A DNA stretch of 62,917 bases, filler included, from Octopus bimaculoides (taxonomy: Eukaryota), in NCBI RefSeq assembly GCF_001194135.2. It is 4 parts of 4 records of this genome, joined end to end, with 100 filler letters (N's around TTAATTAATTAA, not from the genome) between each part and the next. Parts side by side here need not be neighbours in the genome. Positions count along the whole stretch, not along the records: positions 1 to 23,054 come from NC_068996.1; 3 more parts are not named here. One strand, 5' to 3'. The number at the start of each line of letters is the position of its first letter. Within the stretch, counting starts at the first letter, position 1. The position numbers were made by a program, and so were the translations under genes. The notes under the pieces were generated by a model. That model was not told the origin of the DNA and did not search any database. It worked only from the letters and a program-made list of their open reading frames with translations. Below are positions 1 to 12,261 of the stretch, one piece after another.

Positions 1-33
1 ATATATATATATATATATATCATATCTTTTATA

Positions 34-69
<36 letters not shown>

Positions 70-168
70 TATACATATATGCACATACACATATTTATAT
101 TTTCATTTACATATTATATATATGAACTGTAGGGAGTGTATGCGTGCGTACGATTACTCGTATGTATC

Positions 169-199
<31 letters not shown>

Positions 200-312
200 T
201 CGTATATGCAAATACTCATGTGCGTGTATGTGAGAATATATATATGTTTGTATATGACCAAAACCAGATAGTAACAGAGAGCAGCAAGAGAGTGAGAGTG
301 AGAGAGAGAGAG
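1..312. repeat. Compound microsatellites (AT)n, (ACAT)n, (TG)n, (GA)n
   Basis: Directly visible runs; they account for ORFs 107..589 and 136..378. Confidence 0.95.
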
Positions 313-1454
313 AGGTGGTGGAAGAGAGCTCTAGTGTGTAGAAATATTTATGTCGGCATATTAAGAGATTTGCGGTGAATAAACCAGCAGTAGAGAACTC
401 GGCACGATTGTCTATACGTATCACACATGTATATAAAGTAAATACTACACAATTATATATAGAAGTACAACGTATTGTCTGTTTGAAGATTCCATAGCGT
501 GGATGTATAAGTTTCATACAACCACGTCTGTTAAATATAGATTTTATAAAGTATTGTTTTCGTTTTGGTTTTCTTTTTATAAATTGCATTTATCAAACTT
601 TTTTCACTTATATATCAAATAAACGAAAATAATCTGAACATTAATAAACGAACAATAAAAAATGTATGAAACAAAACTAAAAACTCTAACTTCACATGCT
701 TCAGTTAACTTGATTCAACAATCGTATAAGTCCATGCACTTAGAAGTGGTACATATAAGATTTTTCAAATTTGCAAAGGTATGTCTCGTACGCTAATCGC
801 TGGGAGGCATTCATATACAAGAAATATGAATAGCTGATCATTGGCAGTTGTTCCATTGGGTCGCTTTTATTGAGCCGAAATGCTATATCGTATATAGCGT
901 GACGAGAGACATGCAATATAAGTTTTGGTATTATGTTGTATAAAATACTTATTAATGATTATTTCATTCTAAGTCTAGGATTCATGTCATTGGTCACCCG
1001 GTTTCCATGGCTTACAAGTGACCAAGTGCATAAGATAACTCCTGACCGGGACGCAGTGTTCAAGGCTAGCAATTTTGAGTGGAGTGGGCAACCCGATTCC
1101 ACCAATCACATTACATCGACCCCAATAGGATGAAAGGCATAAAGCATTTTATTCAACCTGTTTCAAAGGTTCTACCAATGCCTCGCTCTCTTTAGTGAAT
1201 TACCAACCATATAATACGTGAGTGAATTTGTCAAGACAATTAAACAGTTATTAAAACTAGCGGGACCCTTGAATATTTCATGGAATTAAGGGTAAACCCG
1301 TTGGGTTATGTGTGAAAATTGTATACAAAAAACCCTAAACGTAGCCTGTGTTGTGTCTGTATTTTGTGGCGCTCATCTGCTACTCATTGAAAAGTGAAAG
1401 AAACTGGAATACGATAGGTAATATGAAAGTGATAGGTAATATGAAAAAGACTTA

Positions 1455-1950
1455 GTTCAATTACAAGAAATACACTTTTCACTATCCAGTCACCACCGTC
1501 ACCTCCACCATCACTACATCTACCACCTCCATCTTTACCACCGCCGCCGCCACCACCACCACAATCTCTCTCTGTCATCTTTTTCTTCCCCTCTCTCACG
1601 CTCACTCTTTAACCTTTCTTTAACCTTACCATCAGAACATCACCCTTCTGCTAAAATTATATTTTTAACTCTCTACCTTCAACTAACTTTTGTAATCACG
1701 TAATTAGTATTACGTTCCCTCTATTTCGCATCAAGGATGCTTCGCTCTCCATTTTTTTCTCTCTCACTCTTTTTCTTTCACACTTTTCGTCTTATCCTCT
1801 TTTTCTCTCTCTTTTTTCTTCCTCCTCACCTTCTCTTCAACTAATCACATGAAAGTGTTACAATTACATTACCTCTACCTCGCGTCATGAACGTTTCTCT
1901 CTCCCTCTTTTTCTCTCACCCACTTTTTCTTTCTCCCTCTTTTTCTCTAA
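1455..1950. repeat. (CAC)n run followed by CT-rich low-complexity tract
   Basis: CACCAC/CCG triplets at 1490-1562, then polypyrimidine (CT/TTC) tract. Confidence 0.8.
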
Positions 1951-2079
1951 TACGTGAAAGCGTTACCGATGGGCTAAGCAACGCAATAGCAAGCAAAATT
2001 ATTATAAGATATCCCTAATATTGAATCTATTTGAATATAAACTTTTGATAATCTGAAAATAATCGTTTCAAATTCTGGC

Positions 2080-2270
2080 ATAGGGCCAGAAGTTATTGAG
2101 GAATGGAGGCAGCTCGATTACATTGATGCCAGTACTTTAATTCATTGACCCCAACGGGATGAATGGCAAAATTGACTTCGGTCGGATTAGAACTCAGAAC
2201 ATAAAGCGTTAGAATAAATGCCATTAAGCATTTTGTCCAACTTGCTAACGAATCTGCCAGCTCGCTGCTC
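2080..2270 (-). mobile_element. SINE family B (tRNA-like head, central GCCTTTCATCC...GGGGTCGATAAA domain)
   Basis: Minus strand reads gcgagctggcagattcgttagc...ttctgagttctaatccg...gccattcatcccgttggggtcaatgaa; matches about 17 other copies in the window. Confidence 0.75.
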
Positions 2271-2736
2271 TCTTTAGTGGTTGGCACTTGTACCAGAGTA
2301 ACGCTAACAACACTGTCCGTGCGTGATTGTTGCCAGAGCAGCTGTCTGGCTTCCGTGCCAGTAGCACGTAAATAGCACCATTTGCGCGTGATCATTACCA
2401 GCGTCGCCTTCGTGGTACTTGTGCCGGTGGCACGTGAAAAGACATCCGAGCGAGGTCGTTGCCAGTGCAGCTGGACTGGCTCCTGTGCAGGTGGCACGTA
2501 AAATACACCATTTTGAGCGTGACCGTTGCCAGTACCGCCCGGCTGGCCTTCGTGCCGGTGGCACGTAAAAGCACGCACTACATTCTCGGAGTGATTGGCG
2601 TTAGAAAGGGTATCCAGCCGTAGAAACTCTGCCAAATCAGATTGGAGCCTGGTGTAGCCATCTGGCTGACCAGTCCTCAGTCAAATCGTCCAACCCATGC
2701 TAGCATGGAAAGCGGACGTTAAACGATGATGATGAT
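2271..2736 (+). mobile_element. SINE family C with internal ~67-bp repeats and RTE-type 3' tail ending (GAT)n
   Basis: Ends ...cgtccaacccatgctagcatggaaagcggacgttaaacgatgatgatgat; contains ggcgttagaaagggtatccagccgtagaaact; homologous to 14686-14790 and 35915-36242. Confidence 0.8.
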
Positions 2737-3098
2737 ACACTCATACCTCGGTACAACGGACGAAAAGCCGGGGATATCGGTCGTCCGATGAAGCTGATTG
2801 TCCGAAGATACCGACACGAAGGTTAGGTTACGTTAAGAGTGACTAATATTATCAATTACATTACGAAAGACTGAGGAATAAATACAGCACTGTACTTTTA
2901 ATCAAGCACACTGTTCAATCTGACATTGTAAAATTCCTGTACACTGTAAATATACACTATAATACGGTAAACTCAACATGTTCAATTTAAAATCAAACTT
3001 ACAATGGATGGTGAAGAGGTGTTATTGATTTGACATGATTTTGTCCGCTGTTTCCGAAATCGGTTAAAGGGAGATGCGCATTACCGAGTTTTGAGTTA
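2736..3098 (+). mobile_element. Tigger/pogo-like non-autonomous DNA transposon (decayed)
   Basis: Left end TA-cactcatacctcggtacaacg; degenerate inverted match cgcattaccgagttttgagt-TA at 3077-3098. Confidence 0.5.
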
Positions 3099-3189
3099 AG
3101 GAATTCGTCAAGACAATTGAAAAATTGTTATTAGAATATCCTTAATATTAAATCTATTTGAAAATAAAAGTTTTGATAACTTTAAAATA

Positions 3190-3600
3190 ACCCTAATTCT
3201 GGCACGAGGCCAGCAATTTTTGAGGGGAGCGGTTAAGTGGATTACATCGCTACAGAGGTCAACTGGTAAATAATTTATCCACCCTGAAAAGATGAGAGAC
3301 AAAGTCGTCCACTCGGCGGAATTTCAACTCAGATCGTTAAGATGGAAAAAGTGCTGAGCGGCATTTTGTCTCACAGGCTGACATTTCTGCTAATACACCT
3401 ATTTAAATAGACTTGAAATTATGATCCCGAATTCTGACACAAGGCCGGCAATTTACGAAGAGGGAGAAATCAATTTCATCGACCCTAAAAAGAATTGAAG
3501 GTAAAGTCGACATACGCGGAATTCGAACTCAGAACGTAAAGATTCTGAAGAAATGCAGCCGAGACTATTGTTCGGCATCCTAACGTTTCTGCCACCTCAC
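3190..3600 (-). mobile_element. Two tandem SINE family B copies
   Basis: Two ggcac(g/a)aggcc...aaagtcg...gcggaatt(t/c)(c/g)aactcaga modules at about 3200-3400 and 3430-3600. Confidence 0.75.
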
Positions 3601-3701
3601 CTGATTGAACAACTTGAAATTAATATAAATTAAATGCTGTCGAATAAATATTACGTACCTTTCATTATCACAATGAAATTAAGGAATTGCGAGCGCTCAT
3701 T

Positions 3702-4085
3702 CGAATGGCTGTGTGGTCAGCGCGCTCGCTTTGCGTCTATGTAGTTTTGAGTTCTGTCCGTCCGGGCGTCACGTTTGGCAGTTGTCTTCTGATGTAGCCC
3801 TGGACCGACCAATGCTTTGTGAATGAATTCAGTAGACAGAAGCTGTGTTGCAAGTTTTCTATCTATCTATCTATGTGTTTGTGGGTGTATGTGTTTGTCT
3901 CAGTACCACCTGACAACCAGTGTTAATTTACTTCCGTTGTCGTAACTTAACGGTTCAGCAAAAGAAAGAAAAAAAGAAAATCCAACAGAATAAGTACTAG
4001 AGTTAAAAACAGATACTGGAGTTGATTTATTAGACTAAACTCTTCAAGGCATTACCCAAGCCTGGCCACAGCCTAACGACTAAAG
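3702..4085 (+). mobile_element. Old SINE family A copy
   Basis: tggctgtgtggt head, accgaccaatgctttgtgaatgaattcagtagac, gtaacttaacggttcagcaaaag, aataagtactag; diverged from younger copies. Confidence 0.6.
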
Positions 4086-5995
4086 GCTAGAGATAGAAAA
4101 AGAATTGTTCTCACTGAAATACGTACCTCTCCAAATCTGGTGCTGGCCAATCTGATGTTGTAACCATTTAGCTACAATTCTTTATTTTAAAAATCAATTT
4201 CTCACCCTCTTCTCTCTACGGCAGGTTATCTTTTCTTAGTGTCACATATCAGATAGTATTGTCTTCTAGTCAGAGCCGACATATTCTTATCTTCACATAT
4301 TGCCACACCTCACTCTTTTACTAATGATATTTTCAGTCTAGACAGACATCTATAAAACACTGGCATTGAAGAGAACAGAGAAATATTTTATCAGCAACCA
4401 CAAACTAAATTACTGAAAGCATTCTTCGATCAAAGGTCTTTACAAAATTGGTATTCAAGAAATTATGAACGAAAAGAATACAAAAGTTTACAAATATAAC
4501 AATAAATAAATAAGTAGAAAAATAAAAACAATTATCTCAAGTTGCAACAAAATTTCTGAATACATTCTTCGATATGATAGGAACATCAAAAACATTCCAA
4601 ACCGATTTTATTGTTGACTACACAACAAAGCTATAAGCCAGTCTTCTTTTATCAGGAATTTCTTGTCCTGTGTTTCAAATGATTTATAAAGGCTTAACAA
4701 CGAATCCAGCAACGTCAACGAAATTGGCCACAAATGAAACCGAAGGAGATATATATTATTTATTTCTGTCTCAAAACATTTTCTCAACTCGGTCTAAAAT
4801 CACAAAACAAGGATGATTCTTGATTACTCTTCACAAACATTCACTGGAAATGGTTCCACATCAGTGCAGCATATAACCGTTTTTACAGTTTTACGCCCAA
4901 GCCAAAGACGGTTAAAACTCACTTGTCTCAAAGCCGTATATATTGTGTATATACACCAGAGAGTTAGTTGACAGCTTTGTTATAGAGAGACAATTAGAGC
5001 ATTTCATTCTATGTATTCAGTCAGACTAAATTATATCCCAAGTGACCGTCACTTCTTGTAATTTTTCTTCCCAGCTGCCATTGTATGCTTGTCGTTCAGC
5101 ATGCATCGCTGGTAATAGCCGAGATTCTTCCATTTTGGAGTAAACATAACGGACAGCGAAAAATGGACAAAAGACGTCCTTCAAATGCTGAGCGATCAAC
5201 GAATATACACGCGTGTGTATATTTCTGTATGTGTATATACACCACACATATACATGCGACACACATGAAGATGCGTATAAATATGTGTGGTGTGGGAATA
5301 CACACGCGCGCGCGCACATAGATACATACATGCATACATACATGCATACAGAGAAAAAGATGAAGAGGGATAGATAGATAAATAGATAGATAGATAGAGA
5401 CTGGGAGTTTATATAATATATATAATTAAATGTTTATACACACACACACACACACACACGTATATATATATATATTCGTCTTTGTATATATATTTCGTTT
5501 TTGTATATGTAAGAAACAAGATAAAAAATAATGGTCATTAAATATAATTCTTTTATTTGAGCAAATTTGTCTTACAGCTGTTTCCAGTAATCATTATAGG
5601 TACATTACTGATAGGTTTACTCAATTGGTCTAATGACCAAGGAATACTGGTGGAACATTCCAATAATAACATTTATTCGGAGCATACATAACAGACTTGA
5701 TATTGTTCTGTGGTAGAAGGAAACAAAGTCATGCACTGTTCTAGAAGTCGACTGCCTAGGAAATGTGAATGTACAATCAAAAGTCTAAGAAAAAAAGAAC
5801 ATTTATGGCGAATTAACACGGAAGTTACAACTCTTGTTCCTTGACTATAAATTCTCATATGTACTTACCATCATAGGTACATTAGTTACATTAGTCTATG
5901 TACCAACAAATTTACACAAAAACCTCGAAATACTAGGTTTTTCGAAGAGAGAGAGTAAAAGTGACTGACGCTGGTTCTCCAAATAGATGGATAGA

Positions 5996-6004
5996 TAGAT
6001 AGAC

Positions 6005-6060
<56 letters not shown>

Positions 6061-6069
6061 GGATAGATG

Positions 6070-6126
<57 letters not shown>

Positions 6127-6176
6127 ATAGACATACAGACAGACGGACGGACGGACGGACGGATGGACAGACAGAC

Positions 6177-6227
<51 letters not shown>

Positions 6228-6245
6228 GAGCTATATATATATATA
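5996..6245. repeat. (AGAT)n/(AGAC)n/(GGAC)n tetranucleotide microsatellite
   Basis: Directly visible; source of ORF 5886..6134. Confidence 0.97.
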
Positions 6246-7014
6246 GGGTGTAGTTATTGACTTAACCGACAATATATGTATTTGAAAACACAATTTTTAT
6301 CCATGAACATATCGTGCATGAAAATTAGTCGTGTAGATTTAACTGAGTGTTACTAAAAAGGGAAATGATATACTTTGTATTACCTGATACTGTTGAAAAA
6401 AACACACGTCTATAACAAATATATATATGTATATACATATTCGCGTATAAATATATATACATACATGAGTGTGTGTAAGTGTGTGTGTGTACGAGTGAGT
6501 TTGTATGTTTGTATTTCATATTCATGCTTGAAGTACAGTTAACCATATCTTGGAAGGTGTTGAATGCAAACAAACAAGGTTTCTCTTAAGTACGCAACAA
6601 CATACAACAGAACGCGTTGCGGGAACATCAATACAGACTGAAAATAGCTGCAACATAAACCAAAAAACAAAGACAATAATCATCCGCCCATTCCTCGTAA
6701 AAAATGTATATAAAAGTACTCCAAGAAAGTTTAAAAAGACTTCTGGTGCAAAGAATGGAACCGGAAGCACTTAGATATGGGAGTCTGAAAACATGAAATT
6801 AACAAATGCAATAAAAAGCATTTCGTCACCGAAAAGTATCATATTCCGGTTCTCGCACCAACGAAAGAAATTCTCCACGCGGATATAGAGGAATACGATA
6901 TTCGATATAGGGGAATTAGAAGTTAAATCTTTCTCTCAATGGCCACTGCGCCATCATTGAGAAAGAAAGCTGATTTGATATGATTCCCGAATTCTCATCT
7001 CCGGTTATCTTTCA

Positions 7015-7435
7015 TCTTTTATTTGTTTCAGTCATTGGACTGCGGCCATTCTGGAGCACCACCTTGAAGTGTTTTAGCCAATCAAATCGACTCCAGGACT
7101 TATTCTTTCTAAGCCTAGTACTTACTCTATCGGTCACTTTTGCCGAATAGCTACGTTACGGGGACCTAAATATACCAGCATCGGTTGTCAAGCGATGTTG
7201 GGGGGACAAACACAGACACGCAAACATATACACGCGTATACATATATATACATATATATATGTACATATATACGACGGGCTTCTTGCAGTTTTCGTCTTC
7301 CAAATTCACTCACAAGGCTTTGGTCGGCCCGAGGCTATAGTAGAAGACACTTGCCCAAGGTGCCACGCAGTGTGACTGAACCCGGAACCATGTGGTTGGT
7401 AAGCAAGCTTCTTACCACACAGCCACTCCTACGCC
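7015..7435 (-). mobile_element. SINE family A, near full length (tRNA head plus CORE-like CCTTGGGCAAGTG segment)
   Basis: Minus strand: gtaggagtggctgtgtggtaag (A box), gggttcagtcac (B box), ggcaccttgggcaagtgtcttctact, internal (AT)n, 3' ggtgctccagaatggccgcagtccaatgactgaaac. Confidence 0.9.
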
Positions 7436-7759
7436 TGTTTTTTTTTAAAGCTAGGTAATTATTCTATTGGTCTGTTTTGCCGAACCTTTATGTTACAGGG
7501 ACGTAAATAGAGCAACACCGACAGGGAAAATGTGGGAGAACACACACAACCGGTTTCCATACAGTTTCCATCCAGTTTCCATCATCTAGATTCAGTCACA
7601 AGGTTTTGGTTGGCCCGAGGCCATAGTAAAACACACCATGCCTGTTTTAGATTCAATCATTCTTGTATATTACAGTGTAGTAGCGAAAGGGTTTGAGGGT
7701 ATAGTGTGGATGGTTCTGTTTTGGCCATCTTCAAACAGAATATTATTTCAGAGTACCTG

Positions 7760-7900
7760 TGTCGGAACATATTGACTCCACTATTCAACTAGTACTTTGC
7801 TCATTTCTAAAGGAAAACTTGACCTCTGAGAACACATAAACCCAGAGTGCCACTCGACATCCTCGCTCTCGGTTTAATAACTCTGCCAATTAATCACATC
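7760..7900 (-). mobile_element. Decayed SINE family B fragment
   Basis: aaaggaaaacttgacctc...gaacacataaac...taataactctgccaat. Confidence 0.45.
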
Positions 7901-8190
7901 ACTCCTCTATTTGAGAGTCCTACACTGTTTGAATCATATGGCTTGGGTTGGTGTGATGTGCTGTGGTGTTGTACTCAGTATATACTGTAGTTCCTCCTGC
8001 AGATTTTGGTGCTCTAACTCAATAAAGTGGAGTTGAGGAGGCTCACACGCAACACCTGCTCCACATTCCAGCCATACAGCTTGCAATGGTTTTATACAAC
8101 CTTGCACTGTCTTAGGGTTTATAAGATGTTAACGTTGCTAATTTTAGTGGGTTTTCTTCATACATCACATTTTATTTTTATTTTTATATA

Positions 8191-8419
8191 TATGAAGGTC
8201 TGCTAAAAGGTTCCTGGCTTTAATGCTATCGCAAAAGGGCTGGTTAGAGACTCAAACTTCCGAGCTTTTTTATAGGGCTTAGAAAAACTGAAGGACCGCT
8301 GCAATAAGTGTGTGAATCTGAGAGGAGAATATGTTGAATGTTGGATAAAATCATAATTAAGTGATTCTCCTGTATTTTTTTCCCCTCAGAGCCAGGAACA
8401 TTTCAACACCCTCCTCGTA
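8191..8419 (+). mobile_element. Mariner-derived MITE with TA target duplication
   Basis: Ends TAtgaaggtctgctaaaaggttcctggct and agccaggaacatttcaacaccctcctcgTA form imperfect TIRs; 8282-8338 encodes EKLKDRCNKCVNLRGEYVE, like the mariner transposase C-terminus (KL..RW.KC....G.YVE). Confidence 0.85.
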
Positions 8420-8439
8420 AATGCGATAGGAACAACAAA

Positions 8440-8640
8440 AAAAGGAAAAGAAGTGAACTACAGATTCAAAAGATGTAAATCGTAAAGGACTGAATATCAT
8501 AAAGCTGAAGAAAACAAGATTGTGATAGTGGTGAGTTCCAGAGAGCAACAATTCGAGGAAAGAGACTATTAGAATGAAACAAGAGGATTTCTGTTCCTGT
8601 ACTTCTTCATTTGTCAGCGATTGTAACGGCAGAGCTTGTG
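8440..8640 (-). mobile_element. 3' end of CR1/L2-group LINE ORF2 (decayed)
   Basis: 8576-8466 translates HSNSLFPRIVALWNSPLSQSCFLQLYDIQSF, resembling the SNSFFPRT..LWNSLP...FP..YNLQSFK terminal motif. Confidence 0.55.
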
Positions 8641-9024
8641 TGGGTTGGACTTGTTAAAATAACAAACTGAGCTGCTTGTATATCTAGATTGTATTTCATG
8701 TTTATTATGTTTATTTCTTTGTTCTAAGAGACTGTAGGTTGGCGTTTGAACCACTTCTGATTGCGCGATATGCAGGGAGTTTAGTTCTTTGATGTTCGTT
8801 AAAATTTCTGCAGAGAGAGATTAAAATCTCCAGCAGATTAGGATCGCAAACAATATATTCGATCCTCGATGAATCGAGAGTATTCTTTAGATGGAAATGC
8901 TGATGTTTATATATGTTAGGCAAACATGGTGCCAGTGAGGACTCTAAATCTATTTGTTCACTGTTGATTTTTTTTTGTTTTTTTACTAAGTTTTTCATGT
9001 GTGCTACAACTATTTTTTTTTTTT

Positions 9025-9235
9025 ATCATTTACTTATTTCAGTCATTATACTGCGGCCATGCTGGGACACTGCCTTCAAGAATTATTAGTCGAATGAATC
9101 GACCCTAGTACTTGCTTTTCAAGTTTGGTACTTATTCTATTGGACCATTTTGCCGAACCGCTAAGTAACAGGAACGTAAACGCACCAATACAGGATGTCA
9201 AACCGTCATGGAAGATAAACACAGATACAAATATA
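9025..9235 (-). mobile_element. SINE family A 3' half
   Basis: tttcagtcattatactgcggccatgctgg...ttgccgaaccgctaagtaac. Confidence 0.85.
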
Positions 9236-9239
9236 TACA

Positions 9240-9300
9240 AGTACACACACACACACACAGACACACACACACATACACACACGCACACAAAGACACACAT

Positions 9301-9333
<33 letters not shown>

Positions 9334-9338
9334 CATAC

Positions 9339-9373
<35 letters not shown>

Positions 9374-9393
9374 TGTATGTATGTATGTATGTA
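9240..9393. repeat. (AC)n/(AT)n/(GTAT)n microsatellite
   Basis: Directly visible. Confidence 0.97.
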
Positions 9394-9869
9394 TCAAGCA
9401 CGTGCCGTTACTAATTACTCAGAGTAGGGAGTGGCTGACTATTATGTAGTAAAAAAAAACATAAAAATAATCGAAACACAGTCGCGCGACTGAGTTGAAG
9501 GCAGATTTACTTATGCCTTTATAGCACGCAACGAAATGTTGTAGGAGTGTACGCAGCACGTGTACGTAGCTTAAATACTGAGATTGAAAGGCAGGAGCGA
9601 ATTATGCCTACCTAATTTTCATTTTATGCACAGTAATCTGACTAACCTTCATACTTTTATTGAATTAGGTGCATATTTTGCCATAAAAGGAAAGTGTTAC
9701 TATCGATCTATTTTATTCAATGTAGGCAATGCTTACCTTGCCTACCTAGGCGGCACATTCTTGATATATATGTATGTATATGGCGTCGCTGGAACTGTGA
9801 AGCGCACAGTTCTGTACAAGTATTTTTGTACAAGGATTTTCCTGTACAAGGATTTTCATAAGCGAAATT

Positions 9870-10360
9870 GGATAAAAAAAAAAAAAAACATGTTTCTTAT
9901 TACGACAGAAATTTTTTTTCTTGCATGAGGAAGCAGTCAAAAAGGTTGCTGCTTTTGCAACAACCTATTTTTGCAAACAAGGATTTTCCACTCAGATGAT
10001 TATAAAAACAAAGCAGAGTAATCGATTGGACCTCAAATACTGTATCCAAATTGCTCTGGCATCAAAATGTCCTAATTTTGATGTAATTATAACTAAAAGG
10101 AAACAACATCTTTTCTCCAAAACCTGAAGTGAAAAAGTTTCTAGAAAAATCCTTTTGTTTCACAATGAGGATGTTAATTTCTTTTATCGCATTTGTTTTA
10201 TGCTTTTTATATTTATAATTCTATTCTCCAAATAAATAGATTCAATAAACCTTTGGAATTCAAAGAATCTTTGCTGTTCTTCCATTCAAATCAACGGGGT
10301 AACGTTGGCGTGAATAAGTATATTTTGGCGTTCTTGGTTTAAAATATTTCCTGACTCCTA
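9870..10360 (+). mobile_element. hAT (Buster/Charlie-like) transposon 3' fragment
   Basis: 9921-10127 reads AVKKVAAFATTYFCKQGFSTQMIIKTKQSNRLDL, like the hAT C-terminal dimerisation domain (F.TTYLCE.GFS....KTK.RNRL); degenerate right TIR ctgactccta at 10351-10360; 10110-10360 is homologous to 31120-31370. Confidence 0.75.
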
Positions 10361-10384
10361 GGAGATGGTCAATGAGAGTCTTTG

Positions 10385-10732
10385 ATATTCTTTTCTACTC
10401 TGGGCACAAGACCCGAAAATTTGAGGGAGGGGTTCCAGTCGATTAGACCGATCCCAGTACGCAAGTGTTACTTAATTTATCGACCCCGAAAAGATGAAAG
10501 GCAAAGTCGACCTCGGCGGAATTTGAACTTAGAAAGTAAAGACAGACGAAATACCACTTAACATTTCTCCTGGCGTGCTAACGTTTCTTATTTCTTTATG
10601 CCCACAAGGGTCTAAACATATAGGGGACAAACAAAGACAGACAAAGGGATTAAGTCGATTACATCGACCCCAGTGCGTAATTGGTACTTAATTTATCGAC
10701 CCTGAAAGGATGAAAAGTAAAGTCGACCTCAA
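10385..10732 (-). mobile_element. Two adjacent SINE family B copies
   Basis: Two tacttaatttatcgaccc(c/t)gaaa(a/g)gatgaaa(g/a)g(c/t)aaagtcgacctc modules. Confidence 0.85.
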
Positions 10733-11551
10733 TTGTGATAATGTTTTAAAATAATCGCAGTTGAAGTGGTTTTGATGGGGATCCTTGAAGTAGTAGAAGC
10801 AACGAAATGATGAACATAGCCGTGGTGTTATTACCATAAGTATAAATATCATTTTACTCGCTAACAAATAAAACAATGTTAGGCAGTAAAACCCCAAAAA
10901 AGAAAACAGAAATTTCTAGAAGCAAAAACAAAGATGTTTCCTCCCTCAACGGTAAAAAAAAGTAATAAGAATAAAATAAAAAAAAGAAAAGAAAATGTAC
11001 ACCACAAGATCTCATCATTTGTTCTTAATCATATTTTTAGGGGAAAAACAAAATAAAGGCCTGAATTTGAAATGAGTGTCAGCCTTCCTCCCTCCCTACC
11101 CTCGCTCATCCCAGATCCCTTTGTCTTACATCTCGTAGAGAGGATGTTGTATCGTTCCCTCGCTTCTTTCTGTGACTCTGGTGTCAATTTCAAAGGGAGT
11201 ATTTTTCCCCCATGAGGCATTAACATAACATAGCCCCGCTCAAAGAGAGTTCTCGTAGGCAGCATCCTTTTCATATGTAACAATAAGAACAGTTTCCGGT
11301 GAGAAGCGAGTACCATTTGCCACAACAGAACATCTCATCCGACCACCTCTCCATTCATCCACACATCCCTCTATCCAACCGTTTTACTATCCACCCGTAT
11401 AACCCACCTCGCCGTCTCTCCCCGCTTCTACCCATCCATCCATTTACAAACACATCTTGCGACGAAATATTTGCATTCTTCTGTCATTTTGTTAAAGGAA
11501 TAAAATAAATGAATAACATTATTCATACCTAAATATCATCTCTCTCCTATC

Positions 11552-11765
11552 TTTTACTTGTTTCAGTCAATTGGAGATGGGCCATGCTGGGGCACCGCCT
11601 GGAAGGGTTTAGTCTAACGACTCGATCCCAATATATCTCTTTTAAGTCTAGTGATTATTCTATCGATGTCTTATGCGGATCTACTAAGTTATCTAAGTTA
11701 CAGGGACACAGACAAAGCATCACCGGCGTCAAGTGGTGAGGGTCCAAATACACGAACAAACACAC
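11552..11765 (-). mobile_element. SINE family A 3' half
   Basis: ttacttgtttcagtcaattggagatggccatgctggggcaccgcc. Confidence 0.75.
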
Positions 11766-11777
11766 ACATATACATGT

Positions 11778-11943
11778 ATAGGCGTAGGAGTGTCTGTGTG
11801 GTAAGTAGATTGCTTACCAACCAGATGGTTCCGGATTCAGTCCCACTGCATGGCACCTTGGGCAAGTGTCTTCTGCTATAGCCACGGGCCGACCAAAGCC
11901 ATGTGAGTGGATTTGGTAGACGGAAACTGAAAGAAGCCCGTCG

Positions 11944-11990
<47 letters not shown>

Positions 11991-12188
11991 NNNNNNNNNN
12001 CCCACATCGCTTGACAACCGATGCTGGTGTGTTTACGTCCCCATAACTTAGCGGTTCGGTAAAAGAGACCAATAGAATAAGTACTAGGCTTACAAAGAAT
12101 AAGTCCTGGGGTCGATTTGCTCGACTAAAGGCGGTGCTCTAGTATGGCCACAGTCAAATAACTGAAGCAAGAAAAAGAGTAAAAGAGA
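11778..12188 (+). mobile_element. SINE family A full length (10-N gap inside its microsatellite)
   Basis: ggcgtaggagtgtctgtgtggtaag...ggcaccttgggcaagtgtc...gaataagtcctggggtcgatttgctcgactaaaggcggtgct. Confidence 0.92.
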
Positions 12189-12210
12189 ATATATATCTCT
12201 CTTTCTCTCA

Positions 12211-12242
<32 letters not shown>

Positions 12243-12261
12243 ACATATATACACAAGTATG

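Noticed and set aside
2093-2635. 180-aa minus-strand ORF
   Set aside because: It lies across SINE families B and C; similar peptide text reappears at 36105, so it is antisense repeat sequence
5050-5200. Strong plus-strand acceptor (tttttcttcccag at 5074) and a competing minus-strand ORF tail
   Set aside because: No good donor, no recognisable peptide, and the strand is ambiguous
8711-8998. 95-aa ORF and a nearby GDFN-like word suggesting an APE endonuclease
   Set aside because: Single short motif, in an implausible position immediately beside a LINE 3' end
9395-9760. Possible hAT-like element with gtgccg / cggcac ends
   Set aside because: Only a 6-bp terminal match and no TSD
11029-11325. 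98-aa minus-strand ORF
   Set aside because: No recognisable motif or splice signals
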